DNA of 64,000 bases, taken from the NCBI GenBank assembly GCA_021816885.1, contig JAKAWS010000003.1, positions 5,091 through 69,090 on the forward strand, read 5' to 3'. The notes under the pieces are model-generated. The model was not told where the DNA came from. It saw nothing but the letters and a program-made list of their open reading frames with translations, and made no database searches. Each line of letters begins with the position of its first letter. The first letter of the stretch is position 1. Below are positions 48,886 through 58,679 of the stretch, one piece after another. The position numbers and the translations under genes were made by a program. The stretch comes from Candidatus Micrarchaeota archaeon (lineage in GTDB: Archaea > Micrarchaeota > Micrarchaeia > Micrarchaeales > Micrarchaeaceae).

Positions 48886-50099
48886 TGGTCCACCCTGCTT
48901 ACTATCATACTTGCCGATCCTCCTCCACCGTGGCACAACGTTGCGATTCCACGATCTTTTCCCATTCTCCTCATCGAATGGAGGAGAGTCGTGAGTATCC
49001 TTGCACCTGATGCCCCCAATGGGTGGCCGAGCGCTATCGCGCCCCCATTAGGGTTGAGCTTAGATTCATCTATATCCAACTCCTTCATCACAGCAAGAGT
49101 CTGCACTGCAAACGCCTCGTTTATCTCTACTAGATCTACACTCTCCAAGCCGACACCTGCTTTCTTCAGGACAATCCTTACCGAATCAATAGGTGCAAGT
49201 CCATACCACTCCGGGTCTATTCCGCTGTCTGCGTATGCCTCTATCTTTCCTATTGGCCTTATTCCCATCTCTTCCACCTTGCTCTTCGATGCCACTATCG
49301 CGAACGCAGCACCGTCGCTCAACTGCGATGAGTTTCCTGCAGTGACGGTACTGCTCCTAAAGGCTGGTTTAAGTGCCCCGAGTTTTTCTATAGATGTATC
49401 GCTTCTTATCCCTTCGTCCTCTGAGATAGTCTCTCCGTCCCTCCTTCTTATCCCGACTATCTCCTCTTTGAAGTATCCGTTCTGCCTCGCCGCCTCCGCT
49501 CTCTGGTGGCTCCTCAGGGCGAATCTATCCTGTTCTTTCCTGGAGATGTTGTATCTCTTGCTTATCCTTCCGGCAAGCTCTCCCATGTGCACTTCAGAAT
49601 AACAGTCCCATAGCCCATCAAGCACCATCTCGTCTACGAGCCTGTATCTATCTCCGCTCTCCGAAGAATGTTTGCATAATTCAACCAGCTCCATATCCCC
49701 CATCCTGCCGAACTGTCTTGTACCTCCTATTATTCTTGGCGAGTTCGACATGCTCTCCATCCCTCCTGCTATAACCACTTCCGCATCTCCGGTCCTTATC
49801 ATATTTGCTGCTATCTCTATCGCCCTGAGCCCTGACGCGCAGACCATATTCACGTTCAAGGTAGGGATATTGGACTGCAATCCTGCCCCCATCACCACCT
49901 GTTTGGCAGGATTCTGCCCTATGCCTGCAGACAGAACATTCCCTGATATCAATCCGTCTATTCGAACCTCCTTCCCAATCCTCGATGAGAGTTCGCGCAC
50001 TACTTGAGCGCCCAGCTCTACCGCCGAAAGTTCGTTCATTCCTCCCATGAACTTCCCTATAAGGCTTCTCAGCGATTCAATAATGTAAACCTCTTCCAT
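48882..50099 (-). CDS. Acetyl-CoA C-acetyltransferase (thiolase)
   Basis: VCASGLRAIE active-site Cys region and C-terminal GGGGSASMIV. 405 aa. Confidence 0.9.
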   Translation of the reverse strand: MEEVYIIESLRSLIGKFMGGMNELSAVELGAQVVRELSSRIGKEVRIDGLISGNVLSAGIGQNPAKQVVMGAGLQSNIPTLNVNMVCASGLRAIEIAANMIRTGDAEVVIAGGMESMSNSPRIIGGTRQFGRMGDMELVELCKHSSESGDRYRLVDEMVLDGLWDCYSEVHMGELAGRISKRYNISRKEQDRFALRSHQRAEAARQNGYFKEEIVGIRRRDGETISEDEGIRSDTSIEKLGALKPAFRSSTVTAGNSSQLSDGAAFAIVASKSKVEEMGIRPIGKIEAYADSGIDPEWYGLAPIDSVRIVLKKAGVGLESVDLVEINEAFAVQTLAVMKELDIDESKLNPNGGAIALGHPLGASGARILTTLLHSMRRMGKDRGIATLCHGGGGSASMIVSRVDQ

Positions 50100-50108
50100 A
50101 ATCCAAAC

Positions 50109-50852
50109 CTAATCTCTCTTGGAAAGGAATGCCGCTATCCTCTCCTTTGCCGCATTGCTCATCACACTCTTCACAAACGCATTTCTCTCTATGGACGGGT
50201 CGTAAACGAACTGCGAGTTCATAGCCCTCTTAACTAGGCCAAGCGCCTCATCCGGCATCTTTGCAAGCTCCGTGCAGTATTTATACGCTGAATCGTATGC
50301 ATTCTCTTCTCCAACGACCATATTGACCAATCCGATACCGTGCGCCTCATTCGAATCTATCCGATTGCCTCTCATTATCATCTCTTTCGCCTTTCCTGCT
50401 CCAATCAAATAAGGAAGCATGTATGTCGCACCTCCGCCTGGTGTTATTCCATGCACTATCTCGGGCTGTCCAAAGATTGCGTTCCTTGAAGCTATTCTGA
50501 AATCGCACGAAATCGCCAACTCGTTTCCTCCACCAAGGCAGTACCCGTTTATCGCAGCTACTACTGGCTTATCAGAACCCCATATCCCTTCATTGAGCTT
50601 ATGGAAGAGGTCGAAACCCTTCCCAGCCTCTTCCTCTGTCTTCATTTCTGCCAGGCAAGAAAGATCCATCCCTGCGCAGAACGCCATTCCATTTCCGTAG
50701 AGCAACACTACCTTGCTCTGTGACGCACCTGCCCTGCCGAATGCCTCTATAAGAAGCCCTAGCATCTCTATGTTTACCGCATTGAGCTTTTCCGGCCTAT
50801 TCAATGCTATCTTGAATACGTCCCCATCCTCACCGCTGACAACCAGACCCAT
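50109..50852 (-). CDS. Enoyl-CoA hydratase (crotonase family)
   Basis: ALNRPEKLNA, AFCAGMDLS oxyanion-hole motifs. 247 aa. Confidence 0.85.
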   Translation of the reverse strand: MGLVVSGEDGDVFKIALNRPEKLNAVNIEMLGLLIEAFGRAGASQSKVVLLYGNGMAFCAGMDLSCLAEMKTEEEAGKGFDLFHKLNEGIWGSDKPVVAAINGYCLGGGNELAISCDFRIASRNAIFGQPEIVHGITPGGGATYMLPYLIGAGKAKEMIMRGNRIDSNEAHGIGLVNMVVGEENAYDSAYKYCTELAKMPDEALGLVKRAMNSQFVYDPSIERNAFVKSVMSNAAKERIAAFLSKRD

Positions 50853-50924
50853 AATTGTAAATGGGCATGAAAGAGATAAATGGTTAATGTATCTTTTACA
50901 TTCTTTCGAAAGCCCCGATCTTCT

Positions 50925-52142
50925 TTACCTGTAGGCTTCAAACCCCTTGCCAAGTACCTCAGAAGCTATTTTGAGGTCCTGTATCTCGTCTGTGCCTTCG
51001 TATATCCTTGCTACTCTGCTGTCGCAGAAAAGCTGGCCTACTGGAGACATGAGCGAGTATCCAAATCCTCCGTGTATCTGGACAGCCCTGTCCGCAGACT
51101 CGAATGCGAGTCTCGAGGCTATCCTCTTCGCAAGCGAGACGTTCCTTTCAGTCTCTTCCATAAGCGCGCTGTCATCAGGACTCTTCTCATAGTAGTACTT
51201 CCTCAGAGCCGCATAATAAGCCGGCCATCTTGCCATCTCAAGGTTCTGGGCGATCGCAGATATATGCTGCTGCACAAGCTGGTGCTTCCCGATCTCTTTT
51301 CCATGCTGCACTCTTTCCTTTGCCCTGTTTACTGATGCTTTAAGCGCACCTTCAATGACTCCGATGCATCCTCCCGCAACTCCCAGTCTTGCGTTAAGCA
51401 GCGCAGAATATGCAACATGCATTCCATTGCCCTCGCCTCCCATCATATTCTCTTGCGGGATTTCAACATCCTCAAACTCTATCATTCCTGTATCTGATGT
51501 AAAAAGTCCTATCTTCTCCTTAAGTTCCGTCCTTTCGATCCCTGCGCTTCTTGCATCGACTATGAATGCACTTATCTTTCTAGAATCCTTCTCTCTTGCA
51601 AAAACTATGATGTAATCAGATATTGTGCCGTTCGATATAAGATATTTGGTGCCTGTGATCCTGAACGCAGATCCGTCTCTTCTGTACTCTGCGCGCAACG
51701 AAGCGGGATCGCTGCCTGCCTCCGGTTCGGTAAGCCCAAAAGCATATATCTTTTCGCCCTTTACTGCTTTCGGCAGATACTCCTTTTTCTGTGCATCACT
51801 TCCCCATCTCTCTATTGTCTGTTCGCATAGAAAAAGCTGCACGTTCATGAAGCTGGAGATCCCCATTCCAAGCTGCCCCAGCCTTTCCTTCACAAGAACA
51901 GATATTATGGGCGGCATGCCGAGCCCTCCATATTCTTTACTGACAGGAATGCCGAGAAGAGAATTCCTAGACAGTATCCCCGGAGCTTCAGAGTTGAACA
52001 CACGCCTCATGTAGTGCTCATATTCTGGTCCGGCAAGCTCGTCTCCTGCCTTGTCGGCAGAGATAAGCACCCTCATCTCATCTTCAGATATCTTATGCAT
52101 AAGCGATGCATATTCTATAGACTTAGCAAACAGCTCTTCCAT
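50925..52142 (-). CDS. Acyl-CoA dehydrogenase
   Basis: LTEPEAGSDPASL, the FAD-binding middle domain, and C-terminal YEGTDEIQ. 405 aa. Confidence 0.9.
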   Translation of the reverse strand: MEELFAKSIEYASLMHKISEDEMRVLISADKAGDELAGPEYEHYMRRVFNSEAPGILSRNSLLGIPVSKEYGGLGMPPIISVLVKERLGQLGMGISSFMNVQLFLCEQTIERWGSDAQKKEYLPKAVKGEKIYAFGLTEPEAGSDPASLRAEYRRDGSAFRITGTKYLISNGTISDYIIVFAREKDSRKISAFIVDARSAGIERTELKEKIGLFTSDTGMIEFEDVEIPQENMMGGEGNGMHVAYSALLNARLGVAGGCIGVIEGALKASVNRAKERVQHGKEIGKHQLVQQHISAIAQNLEMARWPAYYAALRKYYYEKSPDDSALMEETERNVSLAKRIASRLAFESADRAVQIHGGFGYSLMSPVGQLFCDSRVARIYEGTDEIQDLKIASEVLGKGFEAYR

Positions 52143-52151
52143 TCAATTCAC

Positions 52152-52592
52152 CTACTTCTCAACAGATCCCCTTATATTAGAGACTATCCCTCCAATCTTT
52201 TCTTTAGCGACGCCTCTTAATATTCCTTCTCCAACTCCGCTTATCACTCCTTTTAATTCCGCATCAGCGCTCCACGAAAGCACAGAAGCATTGCCGGACC
52301 CTTCGACGGCTAGGTCAAGCCTTATTCTTATCTCGCTTCCAAGCCCCTTTCCAGAAAGCGAATAGGAGAGTCTGTCCTCAGAAATCGTGTTTACCTTACC
52401 TTCCATCTTGAAATCCCCTCTGACAATTCCAACCCCGAGATTTACTATTATAGAGAAACTTGTATCATCTATACGCGCAAATCCTTTTGAGTCAGGTATG
52501 CATCTGGCGATCCGTTCAGCATCAGACAAAAAAGAAATAAGCTCTGCCGGCCCAGTTTTTATCTCTGTCTTATCCTTGAAAGAAATCAGCAT
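52152..52592 (-). CDS. SRPBCC-fold protein (CoxG-like)
   Basis: 146 aa, START/Bet v1-like pattern. Co-oriented with, and 10 bp from, the acyl-CoA dehydrogenase gene. Confidence 0.45.
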   Translation of the reverse strand: MLISFKDKTEIKTGPAELISFLSDAERIARCIPDSKGFARIDDTSFSIIVNLGVGIVRGDFKMEGKVNTISEDRLSYSLSGKGLGSEIRIRLDLAVEGSGNASVLSWSADAELKGVISGVGEGILRGVAKEKIGGIVSNIRGSVEK

Positions 52593-52685
52593 TATAAGGT
52601 ATGCATAGCAAAATATTTATTTGAGGCGCGAAAGGAACCCCTATAACGGGCGCTGCAAGGCGCCGTTCATCTAACTACTATGTCA

Positions 52686-53660
52686 TCATTCTTCTGGAGG
52701 AATCTGTGCAGTCTCCTTCTTCTTTGGTTTAGGCGTTATCGTCGGTCCGTCGAATTTTCCCTTCTTCAGGTATTCATCTATTCCCGCCAGCCCGAACGGC
52801 ACCGGTATGCTGAGTCCTCTGCTCTCCGTAGGTATGAATACCATAACGTTCTTCCCGGTAAGGCTTATTTCATACATCATGTTAAGCGCTCTGAGCTGCA
52901 TCGCCTGGGGGTGGTTCATATACTTTCCCGCAGCCTCCAGCATCTTATCGGCAGCAAGGGATTCGCTCTCCGCAAGTATAACCCTTGCCTGTTTCTCCCT
53001 ATCAGAAGTCGCAACTCTCGCCATGGCGTTCTGGAGTTCATCAGGTATGGTGACATCCCTTATCTCTACGGAGATTGCCTCTATCCCCCAGTCCCTCACT
53101 CTATCCTCTATAAGTCCTTTTATATCATTCCCTATTATGTCTCTGCCGGCAAGCATAGAAGCCAGTGCGCTTTTTCCTATAACATCTCTCATGGCCGTCT
53201 GTGCGGCAAGCAGCACAGAATCATAGTAAGACTGCACATTCAATATTGCGCTCTTCGATTCCCTTACCTTCCAAAAAAGTATCGCGTCAACATCGACCGG
53301 CACATTGTCTTTTGTAAGCGTTTTCTCTGCCTTAAATGCAGTGCTTATCACCCTTATATCTATCTTTACCGGGGTGGAATCTATTATGGGTACTATGAAG
53401 AATAACCCAGGCCCTATTATCCCCCTATACTTTCCGAGCCTAAGCACAGCCATCTTGTTCCACTGGTCGAGAACTCTCACAGATAATGCAAGGACTACAA
53501 TCAAGACGAACATGAATACTGCGCCAGTAACAAACCCGCTTGCTGTAAATGCCCATGCGACTCCAGACACTATTATAATCAGCAATAAGTCTACCACTAC
53601 TGCTATCCCTCCGGAATAATCGGAGTCAGTCTTTGCGTCATGTTTGCTTTCGTGCTGCAT
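52686..53660 (-). CDS. SPFH/band-7 (stomatin/prohibitin-like) membrane protein
   Basis: N-terminal TMs then an SPFH domain (ILAESESLAADKMLEAAG ...). 324 aa. Confidence 0.8.
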   Translation of the reverse strand: MQHESKHDAKTDSDYSGGIAVVVDLLLIIIVSGVAWAFTASGFVTGAVFMFVLIVVLALSVRVLDQWNKMAVLRLGKYRGIIGPGLFFIVPIIDSTPVKIDIRVISTAFKAEKTLTKDNVPVDVDAILFWKVRESKSAILNVQSYYDSVLLAAQTAMRDVIGKSALASMLAGRDIIGNDIKGLIEDRVRDWGIEAISVEIRDVTIPDELQNAMARVATSDREKQARVILAESESLAADKMLEAAGKYMNHPQAMQLRALNMMYEISLTGKNVMVFIPTESRGLSIPVPFGLAGIDEYLKKGKFDGPTITPKPKKKETAQIPPEE

Positions 53661-53715
53661 ACAATCACTAAACTTGTATCAAAAGGACTATTAAACCAGA
53701 CTAAACTATCCATCC

Positions 53716-54720
53716 ATGCAAAACACAAACGCTATAGAGTTAAAGGCGCTCAGGAAGGAATTCAAGGTGAATGGCGGCAAATTCGTTGCAGTCGATGGAA
53801 TCTCGTTCACAGTAAAGGAAGGGGAGATATTCGGATTGCTCGGGCCCAACGGCGCCGGCAAAACTACTACTATATCGATGCTTACAACCATATTGAGCAA
53901 GACTTCCGGCTCTGTGAAGATATGCGGATTTGATGTGGTACGGGAGAAAGAGAAGGTAAGGGAGCTAATAGGAATAATCTTCCAAGATCCGTCCTTAGAC
54001 GATGAGCTGACCGCGCGCGAGAACCTAGACTTTCATGCAAGGCTATATGGAGTAAAAGAGGATAAGAAGTCTATTATCGAAGATGTGCTGAGACTGGTCG
54101 AGCTGGAGGAATACGCAGACCGCCAAGTCAAGACCTTTTCAGGGGGAATGAAAAGAAGACTCGAAATAGCGCGAGGCTTCATACACCACCCCAAAGTGCT
54201 CTTTCTGGATGAGCCAACAATCGGTCTTGATCCCCAGACCCGCAGAAAGATATGGAGCTACATAACCCGACTGAACAAAGAGAAGAATCTCTCGATAATA
54301 CTTACCACACATTATATGGAGGAGGCGGATGAGCTGTGCGACCGGATTGCGATAATAGACCACGGCAAGATAATAAAGATGGGTACGCCAGAAGGCCTAA
54401 AGAGCTCGTTTGGCGGAGATGTAATACGCATAGGCACAAAGGAGAAAAAGGAGCTGCATACCCTGCTCAAAAAGGTCTCTGGCATAAAAAACATAAAAGA
54501 GTCAGAGACCGGAATCGAGATATCCGGAAATGATGGCTCTAGACTTATGCCAATCATAGCCAAGGCGGCAAACAAAAATAAACTGGAGATAGACTACATG
54601 ACTGTCAAGCGTCCGACCTTGGAGGATGTTTTCATAGGCCTTACAGGGCGAGACATAAGAGATGAAAGTGCATCATCCAAGGACGTTCTTAGGGCGTTCA
54701 CAAGAGGTAGACATAGATGA
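53716..54720 (+). CDS. ABC transporter ATP-binding protein (ABC-2 type)
   Basis: Walker A GPNGAGKTT, signature FSGGMKRRLEIA, Walker B LFLDEPT. Confidence 0.9.
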   Translation: MQNTNAIELKALRKEFKVNGGKFVAVDGISFTVKEGEIFGLLGPNGAGKTTTISMLTTILSKTSGSVKICGFDVVREKEKVRELIGIIFQDPSLDDELTARENLDFHARLYGVKEDKKSIIEDVLRLVELEEYADRQVKTFSGGMKRRLEIARGFIHHPKVLFLDEPTIGLDPQTRRKIWSYITRLNKEKNLSIILTTHYMEEADELCDRIAIIDHGKIIKMGTPEGLKSSFGGDVIRIGTKEKKELHTLLKKVSGIKNIKESETGIEISGNDGSRLMPIIAKAANKNKLEIDYMTVKRPTLEDVFIGLTGRDIRDESASSKDVLRAFTRGRHR

Positions 54721-55499
54721 GCCGATCGTTAGATGCCATATATACGATATGGCTTAGGGAGATGTTGCGATTCATAAAGTCAAAGTCGCGCATAGTTGGA
54801 AGCGGCGGACAGCCTCTTGTCTGGCTTGCGATAGTAGGGGTAGGGTTAGGTACGGCGTTCGGCCTGCACATCGGCTCTAGCAGCATATCCTATCTGACAT
54901 TCGTATCTCCAGGCCTTATCGGGATGACCATCCTTTTCAGCTCTATGTTCGCAGGGGTAAGTGTCATATGGGACAGGCAGTTCGGCTTTCTAAAGGAGAT
55001 ACTTGTAGCGCCGGTATCAAGACTTAGCATAGTGCTTGGGAAGATAGCTGGCAGCAGCACCATTGCTGTGATGACTGCCCTTCTAATCCTTGTGATTGTG
55101 GCAGCGATAGGTGTGATACCTCTGAGCATGCTCTCTGTTGCCGGCATACTAGAAGCGATCGTCTTCATGTTCCTTGCATCAATGACATTTGTTTCCATAG
55201 GCCTGATAATCGCAGCTCTCATAAACAACATCGAGTCTTTTCAAGTACTCATGAACTTTTTTGTGATGCCATTATTCTTCCTCTCTAGCGCGCTATTCCC
55301 GATAACCGGCAATGTGCCGGCCTGGCTCTTCGATCTGGCTCACATAGACCCGCTCTTCTATTCCATAGACGGGATGCGTGCTTCACTGATTCACTTCTCA
55401 ACTTACCCTATATACGTGGATGGAGCCGCCTCTGTCGCCTTTACTATAGTCTTCATTGCAATTGCAACCGCGCTGTTCAAGCGTATAGAGGGAAAATGA
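54717..55499 (+). CDS. ABC-2 type transporter permease
   Basis: 6 TM segments. Translationally coupled to the ATPase by a 4-nt overlap. Confidence 0.8.
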   Translation: MSRSLDAIYTIWLREMLRFIKSKSRIVGSGGQPLVWLAIVGVGLGTAFGLHIGSSSISYLTFVSPGLIGMTILFSSMFAGVSVIWDRQFGFLKEILVAPVSRLSIVLGKIAGSSTIAVMTALLILVIVAAIGVIPLSMLSVAGILEAIVFMFLASMTFVSIGLIIAALINNIESFQVLMNFFVMPLFFLSSALFPITGNVPAWLFDLAHIDPLFYSIDGMRASLIHFSTYPIYVDGAASVAFTIVFIAIATALFKRIEGK

Positions 55500-55535
55500 T
55501 TATATATCAAAAAAGTCCCAATATACTAGATTATC

Positions 55536-56264
55536 ATGGTCAATCTAAAGAGGATACCGGAAGATTTAACAAGAGTAACCGGTCCCGCGGATACAATAGT
55601 AGAGAACCTCAAGTATCTGAGGAATCCGACAGAAGGCACACATTCCTTAAAAACAGCTATCAGCTCATCGGCATCATTGTTAAGGGCAGACAGCTATCAT
55701 GACCCTATAACTCAAGAATTTGCCGCATCGCTGATCCGCGGCCTTACAGAGGAAAAGAGCGTCACTGCAGCGATAAAGATGGCAGAATCTAAAACAAAGA
55801 AGATGCAGAAGGAATGTGGGGAATACGACACCAAAGCGCTAACGAAGATAGCCAAAAGCCTAGACCTCCTTAAGAAGAAGACCCAAAGGTCCGGAAGGCG
55901 GTTTTTCCCTCCGCGTTACACATACGCCCGCGCGGAGTCGCGCGCATTGAAGAAAATAACCAATTTCATAGCCGGCAAATCAGACGTACAGCTTCTAGAA
56001 TGGGCCACAGAGATAAAGCGCTTCCTCGTCTTATCCGAGATGGTAAGCATCGTCAGGCACAGGCTCAAAGACTACGGCGCGTCCGTATCAGATCTTACTG
56101 ATTATTTCCTGCTGCATTTCGCGAACGGCCAATCGCCTCCGAAAGGCGGTGGAAAATACGTTCCGAAACAGCAACCTACTACAAAGAAGACACGTACCAC
56201 AAAGAAGAAACGCATCAACCCAGTTGCTTCTGCCCCAGATACCTCTACTCAAACTGGCCCCTAA
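55536..56264 (+). CDS. Hypothetical protein with a basic, Lys/Thr-rich C-terminus
   Basis: 242 aa, no recognisable motif. C-terminus KYVPKQQPTTKKTRTTKKKR. Confidence 0.3.
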   Translation: MVNLKRIPEDLTRVTGPADTIVENLKYLRNPTEGTHSLKTAISSSASLLRADSYHDPITQEFAASLIRGLTEEKSVTAAIKMAESKTKKMQKECGEYDTKALTKIAKSLDLLKKKTQRSGRRFFPPRYTYARAESRALKKITNFIAGKSDVQLLEWATEIKRFLVLSEMVSIVRHRLKDYGASVSDLTDYFLLHFANGQSPPKGGGKYVPKQQPTTKKTRTTKKKRINPVASAPDTSTQTGP

Positions 56265-56311
56265 TCAGTCAAAAGGGTTAAAAACAGGCTCATGCAAACA
56301 TAATTGATAAT

Positions 56312-56446
56312 ATGCCGACAAAGAGCTCGAAGAAAAGTCCAAAGTCGTCAAAGAAGGCAGAATCCTGCTGTACAAGCTGTTGCTCATGCTGTACCTGCAG
56401 TCACTGCGGCGGCAGGAAAAAAGCGTGCAAGTGCGACTGTTGCTGA
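56312..56446 (+). CDS. Small Cys-rich (metallothionein-like) protein, 44 aa, not in the ORF track
   Basis: Direct translation gives MPTKSSKKSPKSSKKAESCCTSCCSCCTCSHCGGRKKACKCDCC*: 14 Cys in the last 27 residues (CC, CxC, CxxC arrays). An A/T-rich tract taattgataat lies just upstream. Confidence 0.5.
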   Translation: MPTKSSKKSPKSSKKAESCCTSCCSCCTCSHCGGRKKACKCDCC

Positions 56447-56490
56447 ACAGGATGCGATAAAGGCCAACACACCCATACAGGCGATGCGCT

Positions 56491-57228
56491 ATGAAGAAGA
56501 TAGTCCTACTCTATTATGCGCTCATATTGGTCTTAGTCGTACTTGGTGCAGCGCTAGTTACCTACACATTAGGCCGCACGCCAGGTAACTTCAATACAGG
56601 GATAAACAGTTTTGTCACGGCGGTATATTTCACTATTGTGACCATATCTACAGTTGGATATGGCGACATAGTCCCGGTAAGCACAATTGCAAGGCTGTTC
56701 GTCATAGCGCTGATAATCATCGGCCTAGGTACATTCGCATTTGTATTAACATCTTTATCCAGTGATATAATGAGCAAAAGATTGGAATCTTTCGCAGGGC
56801 GCATAAGCAGCACAGAGAAGCGGCTGCTACACAACCATATAGTGCTGATAGGATACGGCCCGACAAATGTCGCACTTCTTAGCGCACTCAAGCAAAAGAG
56901 CGGACACATGATAATTGTCTCTCCCGACAAGGTCGTAATAGACCAGCTCAGCGATGAAGGCTACAAGGCCTTCGTCGTCGACGTGACTTCCGAGAAAGAC
57001 ATGAGTTCTCTGAATCTTGACAAAGCCCAAAGGATAATAATAGATATGAGGCACGATTCTCTTACTGTATACGTTTCGCTGCTTGTCAAAAACATAACGA
57101 AGAAAGACAACATAGTGATTGTTGCCGAAACCCCAACGGCCGAGAAGCAGCTTCGGAGTATCGGCATGGAAAATATAATAAATCCCGGAGAGATAGCTGC
57201 ACAGCATATCACAAAAAGCTTGAGTTGA
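56491..57228 (+). CDS. 2-TM potassium channel with a C-terminal RCK/TrkA-N domain (MthK-like)
   Basis: Selectivity filter TVGYGD and Rossmann-type IVLIGYGPTNVAL. 245 aa. Confidence 0.85.
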   Translation: MKKIVLLYYALILVLVVLGAALVTYTLGRTPGNFNTGINSFVTAVYFTIVTISTVGYGDIVPVSTIARLFVIALIIIGLGTFAFVLTSLSSDIMSKRLESFAGRISSTEKRLLHNHIVLIGYGPTNVALLSALKQKSGHMIIVSPDKVVIDQLSDEGYKAFVVDVTSEKDMSSLNLDKAQRIIIDMRHDSLTVYVSLLVKNITKKDNIVIVAETPTAEKQLRSIGMENIINPGEIAAQHITKSLS

Positions 57229-57232
57229 TTGT

Positions 57233-57571
57233 ATGATGCCTAACATAGACCCTAGACAACTGAAAAGCATGATGGAAAAGATGGGGATAAAGTCCTCAGA
57301 GATAGACGCGAACAGAGTCATCATAGAGTGCGCCGACAGAACGATAGAGATCGGGGAGCCGCAGGTAACAAGAATAGAGGCGCAGGGAAGCGTCAGTTTT
57401 CAGATATCTGGGAATGTGTCGGAATCCAGCATAGTGGCCAAAGTAGAGATAACAGATGACGATATAAAGACTGTAATGGACTCTACCGGAAAAGACAGGG
57501 ACTCTGCCGTATCTGCGCTGGAGGCATCAGACGGAGACATAGCGGCCGCCATAATAAGCCTAAAGGGCTAA
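57233..57571 (+). CDS. nac: Nascent polypeptide-associated complex protein (archaeal NAC alpha)
   Basis: NAC domain (VIIECADRTIEIGEPQVTRIEAQG) plus a C-terminal UBA-like DIAAAIISL. 112 aa. Confidence 0.8.
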   Translation: MMPNIDPRQLKSMMEKMGIKSSEIDANRVIIECADRTIEIGEPQVTRIEAQGSVSFQISGNVSESSIVAKVEITDDDIKTVMDSTGKDRDSAVSALEASDGDIAAAIISLKG

Positions 57572-57581
57572 GGATGGTTCT

Positions 57582-58679
57582 TTGGCAGACTTCACATACA
57601 TACTTCTATCTGATCATAGATTCATAAAGGAAGCGAAGTCTGAGATTTCTCTGCCATCAAAAGGGACCACAGAGCTAATAATCGACAAATATACGCGTAT
57701 CTTTACGGTGCCTTCAAAGTTGGCCATTGACGGCCAGCAAATCTTCACATACTCGCTCATGCAGGCCAACACTGCGGAGTTCAGCGAGATTGGTAGTCTC
57801 TCCGCTCTTATATCAGAATCGTTAAAGCCGGGCCTCAGTTTCAGGATATTTCTTATAGACGCATCCTCACAGTTCGAACGAAACAGGGACATCGAGATAA
57901 AGCTCGGGGAGCAGATAGAGTCGGAGGAACATCCGGTCAAACTAGATAATCCGGACTGCGCCGTCCTTTTGATAATAAAGGACAGTTTCGCCATATTCGG
58001 CATAGCAGAAGACCCAGAGTCGGTGCACGCCATATGTACTATCTTCCGACCTGGCCAATCAAAGAAGGACTACATAAGTCGTTCTGAAGGAAAACTAGAA
58101 GAGGCGATAGAACGCTTCCGCATAGACCTTTCTACAGTAGATACATGCATAGACGTCGGTGCCGCGCCCGGAGGCTGGACCGACCTGATGCTTAGAAACG
58201 GAAAACGGGTCATAGCTATAGACAAAGGAGAGCTGGAATACAAGCGACTCAGGCGATATGGGCAGATTGCAATAGTTCCCGAGCCGGAAGAGCTGGATAA
58301 AATGAAAAAGATATCCGGCACGATAGATACCGGAATAACAGTTTGCCAAGGCATGCCCGAGCAGGAATTCATGTTGGTACACATAAAGAGCAACTTCGGA
58401 GAAGAAACTGCAAAGACGCTCGGTCGCCGTGTCGAAATGCTGTTAGTAGATTCAAACACCCACTATACCGAAAGCATAAAGTGTGCGCTTGCTCTCGCAG
58501 ACTCCGTAAAAGCAGGAGGCCTGCTTGTCCTAACTCTAAAGATAAACAACCACAAGCCAACGCAGGCGATAGATTATGCGGCTTCCGAACTGTCTGCATC
58601 GTACGGTGATATAGCTATCAAGAAACTTGTCAAGGACAGGCGTGAGCTCACCCTTTTTGCAAAAAAGATTAGCCCTTGA
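57582..58679 (+). CDS. THUMP-like + FtsJ/RrmJ-type 2'-O-ribose RNA methyltransferase (RlmM-like)
   Basis: C-terminal MTase motif IDVGAAPGGWTD (RrmJ SAM loop). The N-terminal ~180 aa are THUMP-like. Confidence 0.6.
   Translation: MADFTYILLSDHRFIKEAKSEISLPSKGTTELIIDKYTRIFTVPSKLAIDGQQIFTYSLMQANTAEFSEIGSLSALISESLKPGLSFRIFLIDASSQFERNRDIEIKLGEQIESEEHPVKLDNPDCAVLLIIKDSFAIFGIAEDPESVHAICTIFRPGQSKKDYISRSEGKLEEAIERFRIDLSTVDTCIDVGAAPGGWTDLMLRNGKRVIAIDKGELEYKRLRRYGQIAIVPEPEELDKMKKISGTIDTGITVCQGMPEQEFMLVHIKSNFGEETAKTLGRRVEMLLVDSNTHYTESIKCALALADSVKAGGLLVLTLKINNHKPTQAIDYAASELSASYGDIAIKKLVKDRRELTLFAKKISP

Noticed and set aside
56304-56588. 94-aa ORF-track ORF (MIICRQRARRK...)
   Set aside because: No motifs, Arg/Ala-rich, and it overlaps the start of the K+ channel gene. 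The +2-frame 44-aa Cys-rich ORF (56312-56446) and the channel's own ATG at 56491 explain the region better.
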